Part shown: one piece after another, positions 1 through 12,800 of the stretch
Numbering within the stretch: the first letter of the stretch is position 1
Layout of the letters: each line of letters opens with the position of its first letter
Source: Leptogorgia sarmentosa
Lineage: Eukaryota
Reading direction: 5' to 3'
Assembly (NCBI GenBank): GCA_964658305.1
Contig: OZ210885.1
Span: 24,676,001 to 24,740,000, forward strand
DNA length: 64,000 nucleotides
The notes under the pieces: model-generated
Told to the model about the DNA's origin: nothing
Databases searched by the model: none
The model's input: only the letters and a program-made list of their open reading frames with translations
Made by a program: the position numbers and the translations under genes

Positions 1-1310
1 GTGATGACTCAATCAAAGGTGTTTTTGCAGATGACCCTCATTATTTTAACAGTCTCATTGGCAGCTTGTTAACACACTTTTGTGATGGTACACTTGCCTG
101 GAGCATGTGACATCACATGAAATTAGAAACAGTCCTTGTCTACCCTTATTAAGTGTTTTGACAGCAGCGTAAATCAAGGAGTGTTTACTGATGTAAAATA
201 CCTTCCTCTCCATGGCGTAGGGAGGAGAGAGGGAAAGTCACTCCCATCTTTCAAGTGTAATTGCTTGCACACAGGGCCCTGTTTTATTGAATATGGGCCT
301 GCCTTAGTTCCCACACTACAGTATATTGTAATTTTGCTGTTTTATATAATAACCCAATACCTTCCATCTGTTTGATCAGTTTGATCTTCTTCATCTGAAG
401 AGCGACTCAAAAGACTCTCTGATGTAGCTCCATCATATGACATGTTTGACTGGAAAGATGAACTCCTCTGTTGATTTCTAAGGAGATCACTTTCATGAGT
501 TTCATCCACTCTCTCGTCACTTAGCTCGTCACCAGTTTCACCGGCACTATCTTCTTCGTTTTCACTTGACAAAAGATCACTTGCTTTGGTTGCAACTTTC
601 AATTTTGCATTGGTTTCCGAAAATATTGGATTTATTATGTGAAACCACTCCGGCTCGTTCATGGCTGCTTTGCCACTTCCTGACTTGACTCTATCCGTAT
701 ATTGTCGCCACTTATCTTTGATCCACTTATACTTTGCTCGAAGTTTAACAATTGATGTGTCAATGCTTTTTTCTTTCTTTTGAACCTTGGAGCTGGCAGG
801 TTCTTCTCGTCGCTCCGTTTCAGATTCTTGTTGTTTGGATAGACGACTATCAAATTCTTTCTTAATGCTTTCGAATACATGAAGATTGGCCGATTTTTTC
901 AAAGCTAAAGACTCTAGCGTAAATGCAAAATCAGTCTGGTCATCTGCAAGAACAGTTGCAAATATTTTAAGCTGTGATAAACTCCATCTCGCACCCCGAA
1001 CCTCCTTATTTTTGCGTTTGGGCGCCATGTTGTTTACAGTGTCAAGCGTCAACCTCGATTTCATTCGCCTGAGTCAGCTCAAAATCGTCTCCAATGCTGG
1101 TGAATTATGCCGACTTGTTTTTATACTGGACGATTTTATCGTCTGAGACGATATTACCGTGTATAAGAGCGTCTTCCAGACGCTCTTATCTGAGGACGTT
1201 ATTACCATCAGACGAAATTGTCGTCGCCGTATTTATATTAGACGTTAACGTCGTCTGAAGACGATAATGTCGTCTCAGACGATAATATCGTCTCTAGTAT
1301 AAAAACGGCC
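1..1310 (-). mobile_element. One end of a PIF/Harbinger-like DNA transposon; the other end lies outside the window
   Basis: The minus-strand terminus reads GGCCGTTTTTATACTAGAGACG starting at 1310. It is followed by clustered AGACGAT/ATCGTCT subterminal motifs (1118-1305) and a Myb/SANT-like gene. The second TIR is not visible. Confidence 0.6.
361..1028 (-). CDS. Myb/SANT-like (trihelix/MADF-type) DNA-binding protein, first exon; typical Harbinger accessory gene
   Basis: ORF 342..1064 contains RWSLSQLKIF...VFESIKKEF...KLRAKYKWIKDKW...SGSG...PEWFHIINPIFSETN and an acidic tail. Probable start is MAPKRK (1028), with a GT donor near 360. Confidence 0.7.
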
Positions 1311-1794
1311 AATGACTTAAGTTACATATTGTTGAAATTCTTTTCCCTATAATTATAAGGTTAAAATAAGTCGCTTAGAAATTTATAAATGTATAAAAAC
1401 ACAATGTTTATACGACGGAACAGGTTTTTTCATCAATTTGATCTATTTTGATGCCTGGTGACAAATGGAGGTTTGGTTCGCACATACTTTATATGTACAT
1501 GTAGTATTATTAAGACGAAGGTTTTCTGTGTGTCACATATCTCGCGCTGATGAGTTCATAATTATAAATGATATAAAACGAAAATAAAAATGATTTTGGA
1601 GGGTTCGCCAAAGAGAAAATCAGGTCTGAAATCTTGCATTTATTGTTTAAATCTTCATTCATATTGTGCAGGTTATACCAGCATTGATGCTCATAATTTT
1701 CATATTCCCTTTACTTTCTCAATTCATGCACACACGTCCCATTTCGAAGATAGCAAACAGTTTTGTCGAGACAGATATTATCATAGACTCTTAA

Positions 1795-1852
1795 CCAGGG
1801 TGATCTCAATACATGGAAAAGGACTGGGAGTAGCTGTCAGATAGAAATCCAT
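1795..1852 (+). repeat. Truncated 5' fragment of the MITE family seen complete at 33869-34138
   Basis: ccagggtgatctcaatacatggaaaaggactgggagtagctgtcagatagaaatccat closely matches 33869-33925. Confidence 0.8.
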
Positions 1853-1865
1853 GGTAAAGTGAGAT

Positions 1866-2345
1866 CAGGGATGCCGGAAGTTATTCAAGGGAACGGGTGC
1901 AATTTTTTATCAAAAGGGCATATTTTTGACAAAAGGGCACAACCAAATATGAAAAGGCACTTAAAAACCTAGGACACAAGTTAACCGAAGAAGACATGAA
2001 GGGTTCAATAAACTTTTAATAAAAGTTTTAGCCCCTCAGTACGTCATGTTACACGCCATTTAATGAACATATATAATACCCCAAGGAGTGAGACACGACT
2101 TGAAGCAAAAACCATGCTCAATGGTCTGAAAATAAGTGAGAATCCTGTACATAGAATTATGCGCGGTTGTACTAGAACACTAAGTCAATATATCATGGTT
2201 CATATAAATATTTTGTTTCTGTCAAACCTGTTCCACAGCACCTTCACTGCACCCGTTGTGCACCCGTAGTGCACCCGTAATGTTGTGAAGACAAAAGGCA
2301 ACGGGTGCAACTGCACCCACTGCACCCGTGGTTCCGGCATCCCTG
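1866..2345. mobile_element. hAT-type MITE (480 bp)
   Basis: TIRs CAGGGATGCCGGAA / TTCCGGCATCCCTG. Perfect 8-bp TSD AGTGAGAT at 1858-1865 and 2346-2353. Confidence 0.9.
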
Positions 2346-2353
2346 AGTGAGAT

Positions 2354-2766
2354 CTGGTTCGCACATACCTTATAAGTATATATTAGGCCGAATGTGACCA
2401 GCTTTTGTTCGGGTACTTAAATTTAAACTTTCGTCTTGAAATTTTTACCATGATTTAGATTTAGTAAAACTAGAACGGGCACAAAATTTCAGGAAATTTC
2501 GTTGCATTTTAATGGCTGGTGGAAAAATGAGGTCTGGTTCGCACATACCTTATAAGTATATTAGATATTAGCACCGTTTGGCCGAATTTGACCAGCTTTT
2601 GTTCGGGTACTTAAATTTAAACTTTCGTCTTGAAATTTTTACCATGATTTAGATTTAGTAAAACTAGAACGGGCACAAAATTTCAGGAAATTTCGTTGCA
2701 TTTTAATGGCTGGTGGAAAAATGAGGTCTAGTTCGCACATACCTTATAAGTATATTAGCACCGTTT
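2354..2766. repeat. Tandem duplication, unit about 194 bp, about 2.1 copies
   Basis: gccgaat(g/t)tgaccagcttttgttcgggtac... recurs at about 2387 and 2581. The motif g(g/a)ttcgcacatac occurs at about 1475, 2356, 2536 and 2730. Confidence 0.85.
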
Positions 2767-3944
2767 GATGCTTCAAATAAATCATTATCTTGTCAATTTT
2801 CTGAGTTTCCCTTGTATTGTATTCTAATGTAAAAGTTGGGTTGAGTTTGTTTGCATTCAAACTTGACATGTCTATAATACGCGGCACCAAAAAAATTATA
2901 CAAATTACTCAAGCCGTATTTATGCACGGGCGCGAATATTGTAGAATAGATCTACAGAGAACTTTGATGCTTCCAGAGTTTTATTATCATTGAATGATTC
3001 AAGCAGGATTTGGAAAATGTCAACCGTTGGTGGTGCAAATTTTAAATTCATTTGTACTGTTAATGAGTGTTAAGTGTGGGTTATCAGTTTAGATTTGCTT
3101 CTGTTACCTTATAATTATGTAACTATATAACTGTTCCCTTGTTATAAATGTTACAAGATACGACTTTCTAAAGTAAATTCCGAAATTTAAATTTTGAAGA
3201 ACTTACACTTAAATTTTCTGAAACTTTGAACGAAACACAACAAAATCACTCGTAAGCATTCAAATTTCATGCGCAATTTTCCTTCGGTTGGAAACGACAC
3301 TCGCCTTGGTTTTGAAAATTCTCAGAAATCATTTATTTTACGTCGAAAGTACCCAAGTAATCATCTCCATGTGCAGTTTCTATAAATAATACCACGTGCA
3401 CGTGTTGAATTATTCTTTTCAACATGCAGACATCTACAAAATATCGGATCATCGCCAACATCTCTTTTTATAAGTTTATTTCGAAGTCTTACCGAAATCC
3501 AACTCGACCTCGTGTCAGGTCATTAGTGGACAATAATAGACAAGTTTATATTTGAAAAAATATAGTCTGCGACAATAGGCCAATGACAATGTAAAATGTG
3601 CATTGTGCAATATACTTACAAACGCAAAAGGAATATTAGAATATTCGTGAAATTCTTAACTAAAGTTGTCTAGAGGCAATTATATTGATATGGGTAATTC
3701 ATAGATTTACTGTATCTACAAACAATAATTACTCCGTTATTCCTTTTACATATTCATATATTGTAGATTTTACATTTGACTATTGTCATGGACAACCTTA
3801 ATTGAAATAGCTGTATATGAACAATGAGTATATTTCAACTTTCATTAGAGTGAGACACATTGTAGAGTGCATAAGTAGCCATATACCAACAGAATTTACA
3901 TTATAGAATTTACATGCAAGAGTTTACAGAGTGCAAATGCATGC

Positions 3945-5969
3945 TTAGGTGGATTTAAGAGGAAGAGCAACGGAAGTAAGCGGCCAGCAATGGAACTCTC
4001 CTCGCTGGATTTGCTCTGGATCATCAAAAGCACCAGGACACAGCGGCTTCAGCTGACAGGTCGGCAAAACGTCCTTTATTTCCACTACAATATGGCCTTG
4101 TTGCAATGGTCTGCCATGAATCGTTGAACGATTGTGAACAACAGCCCATGCTTGCACGCGTCGATTAGCATCAACAAGCCCAACCTTTGTTCCTGAAAAT
4201 AAGAAATAAGAAACAAGAAAATTGGTATTATGAATAGAAACATACACTTTCATGCTGGATAAAATTTGCTGGATTTCAATATTAACCTTCTTGGATGATG
4301 AATAAACTACACTCAATTTACTAGAAAATGTGGCCATATCGAAGAGTATTTACCTGGTTTAATAAGTACAACATTTTTTTTTGGTACGGTGTTTGGCGAA
4401 TGAGTGCGAACAGCAATGTTAGTGCCAGCACCACTGGCATTTTTATCGTCTGTACTGTCAGTGTTAACATTTTTAGTGTTTCTAGTGTTATTAGTGTTGG
4501 TAGTGCTAGTGTTATTAGTGATAAAATTGTTAGTGTTGGTAGTGCTAGTGTTAGTTCTATTATTGTTAACATTGTCAGTGTTGGTACTGTTAGTGTTAGT
4601 GTTAGTACTATTATTGTTAACACTGTTAGTGTTGGTAGTGTTGGTGTTAGTGTTAGTACTATTATTGTTAACATTGTTAGTGTTAGTGTTGGTGTTGGTG
4701 TTAGTGTTAGTACTATTATTGTTAACATTGTTAGTGTTGGTAGTGATGGTACTGTTAGTGTTAGTACTATTATTGTTAACATTGTTAGTGTTAGTGTTGG
4801 TGTTGGTGTTAGTGTTAGTACTATTATTGTTAACATTGTTAGTGTTGGTAGTGATGGTACTGTTAGTGTTAGTACTATTATTGTTAACATTGTTAGAGAT
4901 GGTAGTGCTGGTGTTAGGACCATTATTGATAACATTGTCAGTGTTGGTAACGTTAGTGTTAACATTGTTAGTGTTAGTACTGTTAGTGTTACTAATGTTA
5001 GTTTTATTAGTGTTAACATTGCTAGTGTTGGCATTGAGAGGGTGAATACAGGTGTGGCTGTTAGTGTTAGAAGGAGAGGTGGGGTTAGCATGACTAAGCG
5101 TATTAGTATTCACAGTTGTTGGGTTAATTTCATCAGTGGTAGAGTCTTCCTTTACGTTAGCCATTTCATTTATAATACCAAGCCTAAAGATGTTCTTCAA
5201 GCTGGAACCGGCTTTTGAATTATTCAAGAGTTCCATACTCAGACCTGGCGTTCCAAAATAATCCCAAGTATGACCTCTACTGTGGGATTTGTGAAACATG
5301 ACAATAATGTCATAATGATGGTTAGTATGCAGAATATCAACCTGGAAAAATAAATTATTGCGCAATTACATATTATTTCATACAATTGCAAGACGACTGA
5401 TTGTTTATCACCAGAAATCCCCATTTTCTTACGTAAGAAAAAACAAATATATACGGCAGTCATAAAGAGTTATTACCCTTTTTTTCAAAAGGTCCCATTG
5501 GTTTGAGGGGTTGGTTTTTTCTGGCAAAGCAACTCTAGCCTTTTTCCTGTGTTGTTTGCAGTCGGAGCCACAATGAGGACATCGTCGACAGGCATTTCCA
5601 ACTTGAGTGTCGCAAGTGGGGCATTTCTTTTTCGAGTAGTATTCTAGACAATAAATAAAAACAAAAGTATATTAGTAATTAGTATAGTTGCCTAAAGGTT
5701 GTAAGATTGCATGAAACCTCGAGAAAAAAAAATTGTTATTAATAAACACTAATAATAAATTATACCAATTTACTATTGCTACAAACACACTACCCACTTC
5801 TGGATACAAGCAATTCCTACGGCATTTCTCTCATTCGTTTTTTAATCATTTTGTGGTTAATTTTGTGTTTGGTCTCTGAACCCACTGAAACTGACAATTA
5901 GATTACTCGCTTACCATTTCCATGAGGTGATCCGGGGGTCGAACTCGCCAACTGTCTATCATACTGCAT
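3945..5969 (-). CDS. Intact 4-exon hypothetical protein (about 485 aa): N-terminal CxxC..CxxC zinc ribbon, Asn/Thr-rich repeat, compact C-terminal domain
   Basis: Exons 5969-5915, 5643-5477, 5341-4354 and 4192-3945 join through GT-AG introns into one stop-free frame: MQYDRQ...KKKCPTCDTQVGNACRRCPHC...VDILHTNHH...(N/T)n...GTKVGLVDANRRVQAWAVVHNRSTIHGRPL...CWP. Confidence 0.7.
4450..5030. repeat. Coding low-complexity minisatellite (ACTAAC-based, encoding Asn/Thr)
   Basis: Repeated gttagt / tattattgttaacattgttag units. Confidence 0.95.
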
Positions 5970-7598
5970 ATACTATTGCAAATGCTATAGTTTGATTCGT
6001 TATCTTTACTCGTTATACCTCGGTGGATATAGCGAGTAACAAATCATTCATTTCCCGCGGATAATTATTTGTGGACAGTGGCAGATTACTCGATAGCCTG
6101 AGCAGGCCAAAGCCGACAGGCCTGGGGTTTTGAAGGGAATGATATTTTCCTTAGTTTTTCTCTTTTTATCATAACTAAGCATTGGAATAAGACCTTGGCA
6201 AATTCAGTAATGTTATTGCTGCCTTCCCGTTGGTTTGTGAATATTACCCCTTGAACGTTATCAAGCACAGCGCGCATTATGCTCTGGACTCTTTCTACTA
6301 CGAGATGTAACACCGCCTATACCTGAGACTGAGAGAATACAATCTCAAGCCCCGCGAATTTTCACTTAGCCTATAAGCCTCGCAATCAGTAATCCGCCAC
6401 TGTTTGTGGAATATTTTGTTTGATCTTCGGTTTATACCAAGGTAATTCTCCGCCCTAATCAACTATCATATTGTATAGCGAGTAGTCTAATAGTTCAATA
6501 AGGTTTTGAAATCCAAGATCACATCCGGAGAGGCCCTGATTTTGAAATTTCTTATTTAATAGAATTAGACGTCTGCGAAATCACAATAGATTACAGTTAG
6601 AAAAGTCAATTTTAAGCAGTCGATGGACTAAAAGTCTTCATAACAGTTACGAGTTTGGTTTAGTCCATTGATTAATCTAAGATTTTGTACCCTGCGCCAG
6701 GAACCCACTTACTACTTTTGAAACTGCGTTTGGCGTACCTTCTTCCACCGGTACTGAATATTGAAATATAAAAAGAAAATAGTTAATTACATCACAAAAA
6801 GAAATCATCATTAACTAATCGATGTCATTCATTGAACTGTAGATTTGAAGAAACAGGCAATAACTGAATGTACATGTATAACATTTGGCATTCAGCATTC
6901 AAAGTATACAAATTTTCCAAGGATGCAAGGCTATGGAACATTCCAGCAATACAATTATGTACTGAAATCGTGTACAAAACCCTATAAAAAACGTTTGCTC
7001 TGCCCTTAGGGGGCATATTAGCTAATGCAGGGAATGGGCCAAAATTATTCATCTCTTATGAGCAGGTTTACAACTATATGCAATAAACAAATTATGCAAA
7101 TTGCATATGTTGTGCCCCAGTGCTGCAAAAAAACCCGATTAAATCACTGGTGGGTACACATAAACTACTGCAAATGATATTTGAAATATCGCATCATCGT
7201 TTAACGAACACAGACTTATGTAATGCGTAGAAACACATAATTCGAAAGGTCTAATTGTTTAATTACACATATTAAGCAATGATTGAATGAGGTCGTAGCC
7301 TGAAAACAGACCTACTTATTCACCCTCCCTAAAATTCGCGGGTGAGGGTTCGGGGCGAAACGTAGGTCTGATAAAAATGTTGTCAAAACCGTCTGGAAAA
7401 AGACCGTCAGACGGTCTATTTACCTGATTGGCTAATTCACTTGGTAATGATTTGTGATTGGTTGGTCGCTAACATGAAAGGTTCAGAGCGTGTTTAGAAA
7501 GGTCAAGTTGACAATATTTCATTCAATCGATTTTTATAACTGTAGAATTGCCACATATTGCTAAAAAGAAAATCCAATTATAGTAGTTGTGTGTGGAA

Positions 7599-9631
7599 AT
7601 GTCGAAGGACAAGTTATTCGAACAGGCACTGGAGTTAACATTAAAAAAATTTAAGTTTCATTCGTTGAAAGTTGAGCAAGAAACGTGTATTCGAAAGCTC
7701 GTGGTCGATCATGAGGATGTATTTGCTGTGTTACCAACTGGCTACGGAAAAAGCCTTATTTACCAGGTATTACCATCAGTGTTCACCGAAATGGATGTAC
7801 TTGAATACGGCCATTGTAACGATGCTCACATTGTTATTGTCGTGAGTCCTCTTGAGTATATTCGCGTGCAACAAGTTGAGAATTTAAATCGTCTTGGTAT
7901 TTGGGCTGTGTCGTTGGGTCCTTCGTTCAATCCAACAGAAAACGTGGAAGCAGTATCAGCACGAATTATATATGGTAGCGCTGAGCAATGGCTATCTGAT
8001 ACCTGGATAAAGAAACTGAAAGACGGTGAACTTGGAATTGTCAAAACACTGGTAATAGACGAAGTACATACTGTGGAGATGTGGTAAGACTATCTACATT
8101 ATCAGATACATTTGTTATTATATATTGTTATAGTATGGTTATAGTATGTATACAAATTGCAAATACAGTCTGGTCTCATGTAATAAACATGTCAAGCTGA
8201 AAGACAGGTCTTGTGTCCACATTGTATAAATTTATTACAAATGTCAACATACTTGTTGAAGAATGCAGTGATTTATATCAATTCATCTGACTACATAATA
8301 CAAAAATCCAGTTCATGCATTATATAAATATAACCATCTAAAATTTTAGGGGAACAGGTCGAAAAGGTCAGGCGGCTTTCCGAGAGGCATTCAGACGAGT
8401 ATCAGAGCTTAGGTCTTTCTTACCATTAGGAACACCAACGCTTGCCCTTACAGCAACTGCTAACGAAGAAATGAGAAAAAGGCTGGTAAAATTTATTGGA
8501 TTCAAGGATTACTGCAAGGTAATTGTAAGTCCTAACAAGAACAACATTCGATTCAACATCATTAAGGCAGACAGTACATTGAAATGTTTAAACTGGTTGG
8601 TGGAAATGATGAAAGAGAAAAATGAACAGATGCCATTTACCCTGATTTTTTGCCAAGTTGTTAATGATATTGTTTTTATACTAAGCTACCTCCCAATGGA
8701 ACTTGGTAGTTCAGGGTTATATGCCAAAGGACACTTACCTCAACAACAATCCTGTTTAATTGGTGTATACTACTCTCAAACCCCACAGAGTCTCAAAGAC
8801 ACCTTAACAGCTTCATTTGAAAATGACACTGGGTGTACACGAGTTGCAATTGCATCATCTTCACTCAGTATGGGTGTTGATTTCCCAAATGTTAAGTATG
8901 TCATTCACTTTGGGCCATCTAAAACATTAACTGGGCAGTTACAAGAAGCTGGAAGGGCAGGACGTGATGGTTCAGAAGCATTCAATATTATCATGTACCT
9001 TCCTGAGCACTTAAAGAACTGTGAGAAACAAGTAAAGCAATTCATTCATACTGGTGAGAAGACCTGTGTACGGCAAGCTCTACTTTATTCTTTTGATAAT
9101 AACATTCTTCCCAATGAACCATTACATGCATGCTGCAATATCTGCCATATGCAGTGCAAATGCCAGGGTGATGAATGTGATGTGCCACTGTACAGGTTTG
9201 ATGAACCAATATCACATCAAGAGGATATGCAAATGGTATCTATCCGTTTTGTATCAGAAGATGACAAGGAGTGCTTGAAGAGTGCACTAGATGAATTACA
9301 TGTAACTTTGGCATCACAATCATCAACTGCTGTTCTTAACTGTTCTAATTCATATCTATTTGGTCTTGATGCTAATACAATCCAAACGATAGTGGACAAT
9401 GCAAGTGATATATTTGAGATTGCTGACTTAAGGAGATACTGTCCATATTTGTCAGTTAAACTTTTAATCATGATTCTTGAAGTTATGAGAGAAATGTTTG
9501 ATGACATTGAAATCCCTGATGACTTATACCAAATATCGTTGGAAACTGAACCATTCATAAACAAACTACTCGAAACTATTGACCAGACACAAACTGATGA
9601 TGACGTTTTCAAGAGAATTTTTCCTGGATGA
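7599..9631 (+). CDS. RecQ-like SF2 helicase of AcademH (2 exons: 7599-8083, 8350-9631; about 588 aa; intact)
   Basis: Motifs LPTGYGKS, VVSPL, IDEVH, WG..AFR, ALTATA, SMGVDFPNV and QEAGRAGRDG, plus a C-terminal Cys cluster. The GT-AG intron 8084-8349 restores the frame. Confidence 0.92.
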
Positions 9632-9841
9632 AACCTTTCATTTGTCAGATGAATGGTTGTAATGTATGTATACATTGACTATTTACATTGGATGAAACTG
9701 ATAGGCTACGTAATTACTTGCATGCTTGTCCATACGGTGATACATTACATAATTATTTAATTTAGTACTTACAAAGAATCCAGAGTTGACTGAACCTCAT
9801 AAGTTAATAATCTCAATCATTATTCAATTATATCCAGTGAC

Positions 9842-12800
9842 TTATTTGTCTTTATGGTGAGGTGACTTGTAAATACCTTCCCAACGTTTAATAGTATTTC
9901 TTGCCCATGTAAAAAAGTCCCTGTAGTCACTGCCAATGATATCTTTTTTAAATTTCTTGAAAGAATTGTACCCTTTTCTTCCAGGCTGATGTGTGAACAC
10001 CTTACCAGCCACTAGATCCTTTACAATTGTTTTAACAGAAGATTCTGGATCCTGTCCTCCATGGTGGCCACTTGGTCGTTTCTTTTTACAATCTTCATTG
10101 ACTGATTTCATGATTCCACCGAGGGTATGCAATGACCTTGCATTTCTTTGAATTGTCTTTTCTGTTAAGTGTCCACCACTGTTTTTTAGCAAGAGTTTAA
10201 GCATTAGGTTTAGGTGCTCCATGTGCAAATCAAGTGGAATGTTGTTCCCCACTCCTCCAACATAATTAATAAAACGGTTGCTGAGTAAACGTATAGCCTC
10301 ATCTTCAGATAAAACAGCATAGAATTTCACCAAAAAATGTAGCAATAAGTATGCATACTTAGTGTGACGGTGCTTGTATTCAAACAATAATGCAAATTTG
10401 AAGCAGCGAAGTAGCCTGTACCCATCTCCATGTTTTATAGCATCTTCCAAATTTAAAAAATATAAGCCAATCTGAAGACGTGACATGTGATAATTCCATA
10501 TACCATCTTCATCTTTTTCGTCATTTTCATGAACTGGTGCACTAGGAACAAAACCAGGATGTTCTCTCTTTTCATGCCTGTCGAAAAAAAAGTTTCATGA
10601 CAAGATAAAGCACATGCATAATGATATGGGTTATTTTAAACACTGCACATAATTATATTGAACATCCTTAAATTTGGCAACATGCTCTTTTAAAAATTCT
10701 TTACATAATAATCAGGTGTTTGAGATCAATGCTGCCTCAATAGGGTACTTCAAATTTGCATGGTTGCTGCAACCATTTGTTGAATTAAAAAAGTGGAAAT
10801 TCTGTAGTATATCACAACCCTACGTACTAAGCTAAAAATATTCACGACACCCACTGTTCCCTTGTTGCATTTGTGGTATAAACAAGATCACACTGTGATG
10901 ATTTTACACGACATTTGAAGTAGCCATACTTGTCTCTATTTTCACAGCCACCATCATCTGCTATGAGTTGTGGATGATCCTTCTTCTCATGACTGAAAAG
11001 TGAATATATCTATGACAGTTAATTAATATATAAATCAACATCATTTATAAACAGCACTTATAATATGTCGTAGTACTCACAGTACAACATCTACGTATGA
11101 CTAATCATTTGACAATATTATACACTACCGTTTTCTTGCCGAGTGTAGAGGAAATTTCATGCTACATCCAATGCCACGACAAGCAAACCCACTTCTGTGC
11201 TCATCATCCAAACTGACCACTTTTTCAGGCATGTCCAAATTTATAAATACTGCACCCAAAAAAGTATGTGCTTCCTTTTTCAACCAGTCTGCAGTGATTT
11301 CTTTGTCCCAACTTTCAATATTTTCTGGAATAACTCTTTTTGTTGGCTCACCTTGAAAGAAGATATATTTATAATTGAGCCATATAATTTGTACATGATT
11401 GTCAGCTTTAAAAATACCTAGCCATATTTACAATGATTACAATTTTATGTATTAAATTCCCTGTGCTAACAATATGCAAAAATGTTATTATTCACACTGG
11501 CAACCAAATTGGATGTGTGTGTTCCCTATGAGCAAGCAGAGGTGTAGATACCTCTGTTCACAGAGAATTTTGTGTGGTATTAGTGCATTGGGTTGTCCTG
11601 CATATAATTAATAGTTAATGAAGGACCCTAGAGTAATTAGCTTACTTTCAGTTGTTTCCATACCAACGAAATCCATCCACCAACTTATTATATGTGCCTC
11701 AGTTTCTCGATCAAAAAAGTCTTTAAATGCATTGTAATCTACATCAGGTCCTTTTTTTGCATTTGTCTTGCCAGTCCGGTTCATTGAAGCACATGTTGTT
11801 CCAATCTGAGCCATAGAATCATCTTTGAAGTATATATTATGGCAAATCTGCAATTACAATAAATAGATTTTGATAAAATATATTCAATCCTGAGATATTC
11901 GCAGTAAATGAAACCTCTTGGTATTACCGGGTTTTTAAACCAGTAATTAATAATAGTTCAAATAATTTGTAATAGGCAACACTCTGGCCTTATTTATTTA
12001 TATTCACCTGATATAAATTCTTCTTCAGATGCCAGTCAGCAAATGATGGCTCAAGTCCTTCAAGTCTTTCAATCTGACTATCAGCAATAACATTTGCCCA
12101 ACTTGCATTTCGAGCTCTCTCTTCGGTTAGTTGATCACCATCAAATATAATCTTTTCCAATACTTCGGTTTGATGTATTGGAACATACTTGTTTTGAATG
12201 ATATTGCATATTTCTGCCATTTCTGGAGATTTGTTTGAATTTTTAAATATCATTCCCAGTGGGCACTGAATCAAGATGAGAAAACTAATTAATTTAGTGT
12301 TTCTTATTTGTTAAAAATTGATGTTAGTGATTATTTACAATTTATAATTGTACCATTAATATTAATTTTACCAATATTGTGCTTTTATTAAGTTAATCAA
12401 CATTACCCATTCAGATTGTTTCTTCATCTCTTCATTATGTGGGTGAACAATGTGTTTGGTCACTGATTTCCATAAAGGGGTGTATGACTTCAAATAATTT
12501 ACCAATATACGAGGAATGATATTAGACAAATCTTCAACAAATGCTTCTTGGACAACAGATGTTGGAAGAAACTCATCCATACTTAGAGATTTGATACTCC
12601 TTTGTGGTTTGGACCTGCTTACATTTTCTGGGTAATATACTCTGTCAGCTACTGCATACATATGAAAGTAGTGGAGTGATTTGTTCGTTTTGGTAATTGT
12701 TTGACTTCTAGATTTCACTTCTATGTCCCAGTTATCTCCAACTACCCTAAATTTGAACAGAAAAACAATACCACTATCAAGAAAAACTTGGTGTTTCATT

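Noticed and set aside
4321..5218. Overlapping Leu/Val/Thr-rich ORFs (4321-5091, 4328-5218, 4404-5045)
   Set aside because: These are alternative-frame artefacts of the stop-poor hexamer repeat. Only the Asn/Thr frame joins flanking exons.
7599..9631. Host RECQ/BLM/WRN gene
   Set aside because: It lies inside TIRs and a TSD together with an Academ transposase, and lacks the extra domains of host RecQ proteins. No gene symbol assigned.
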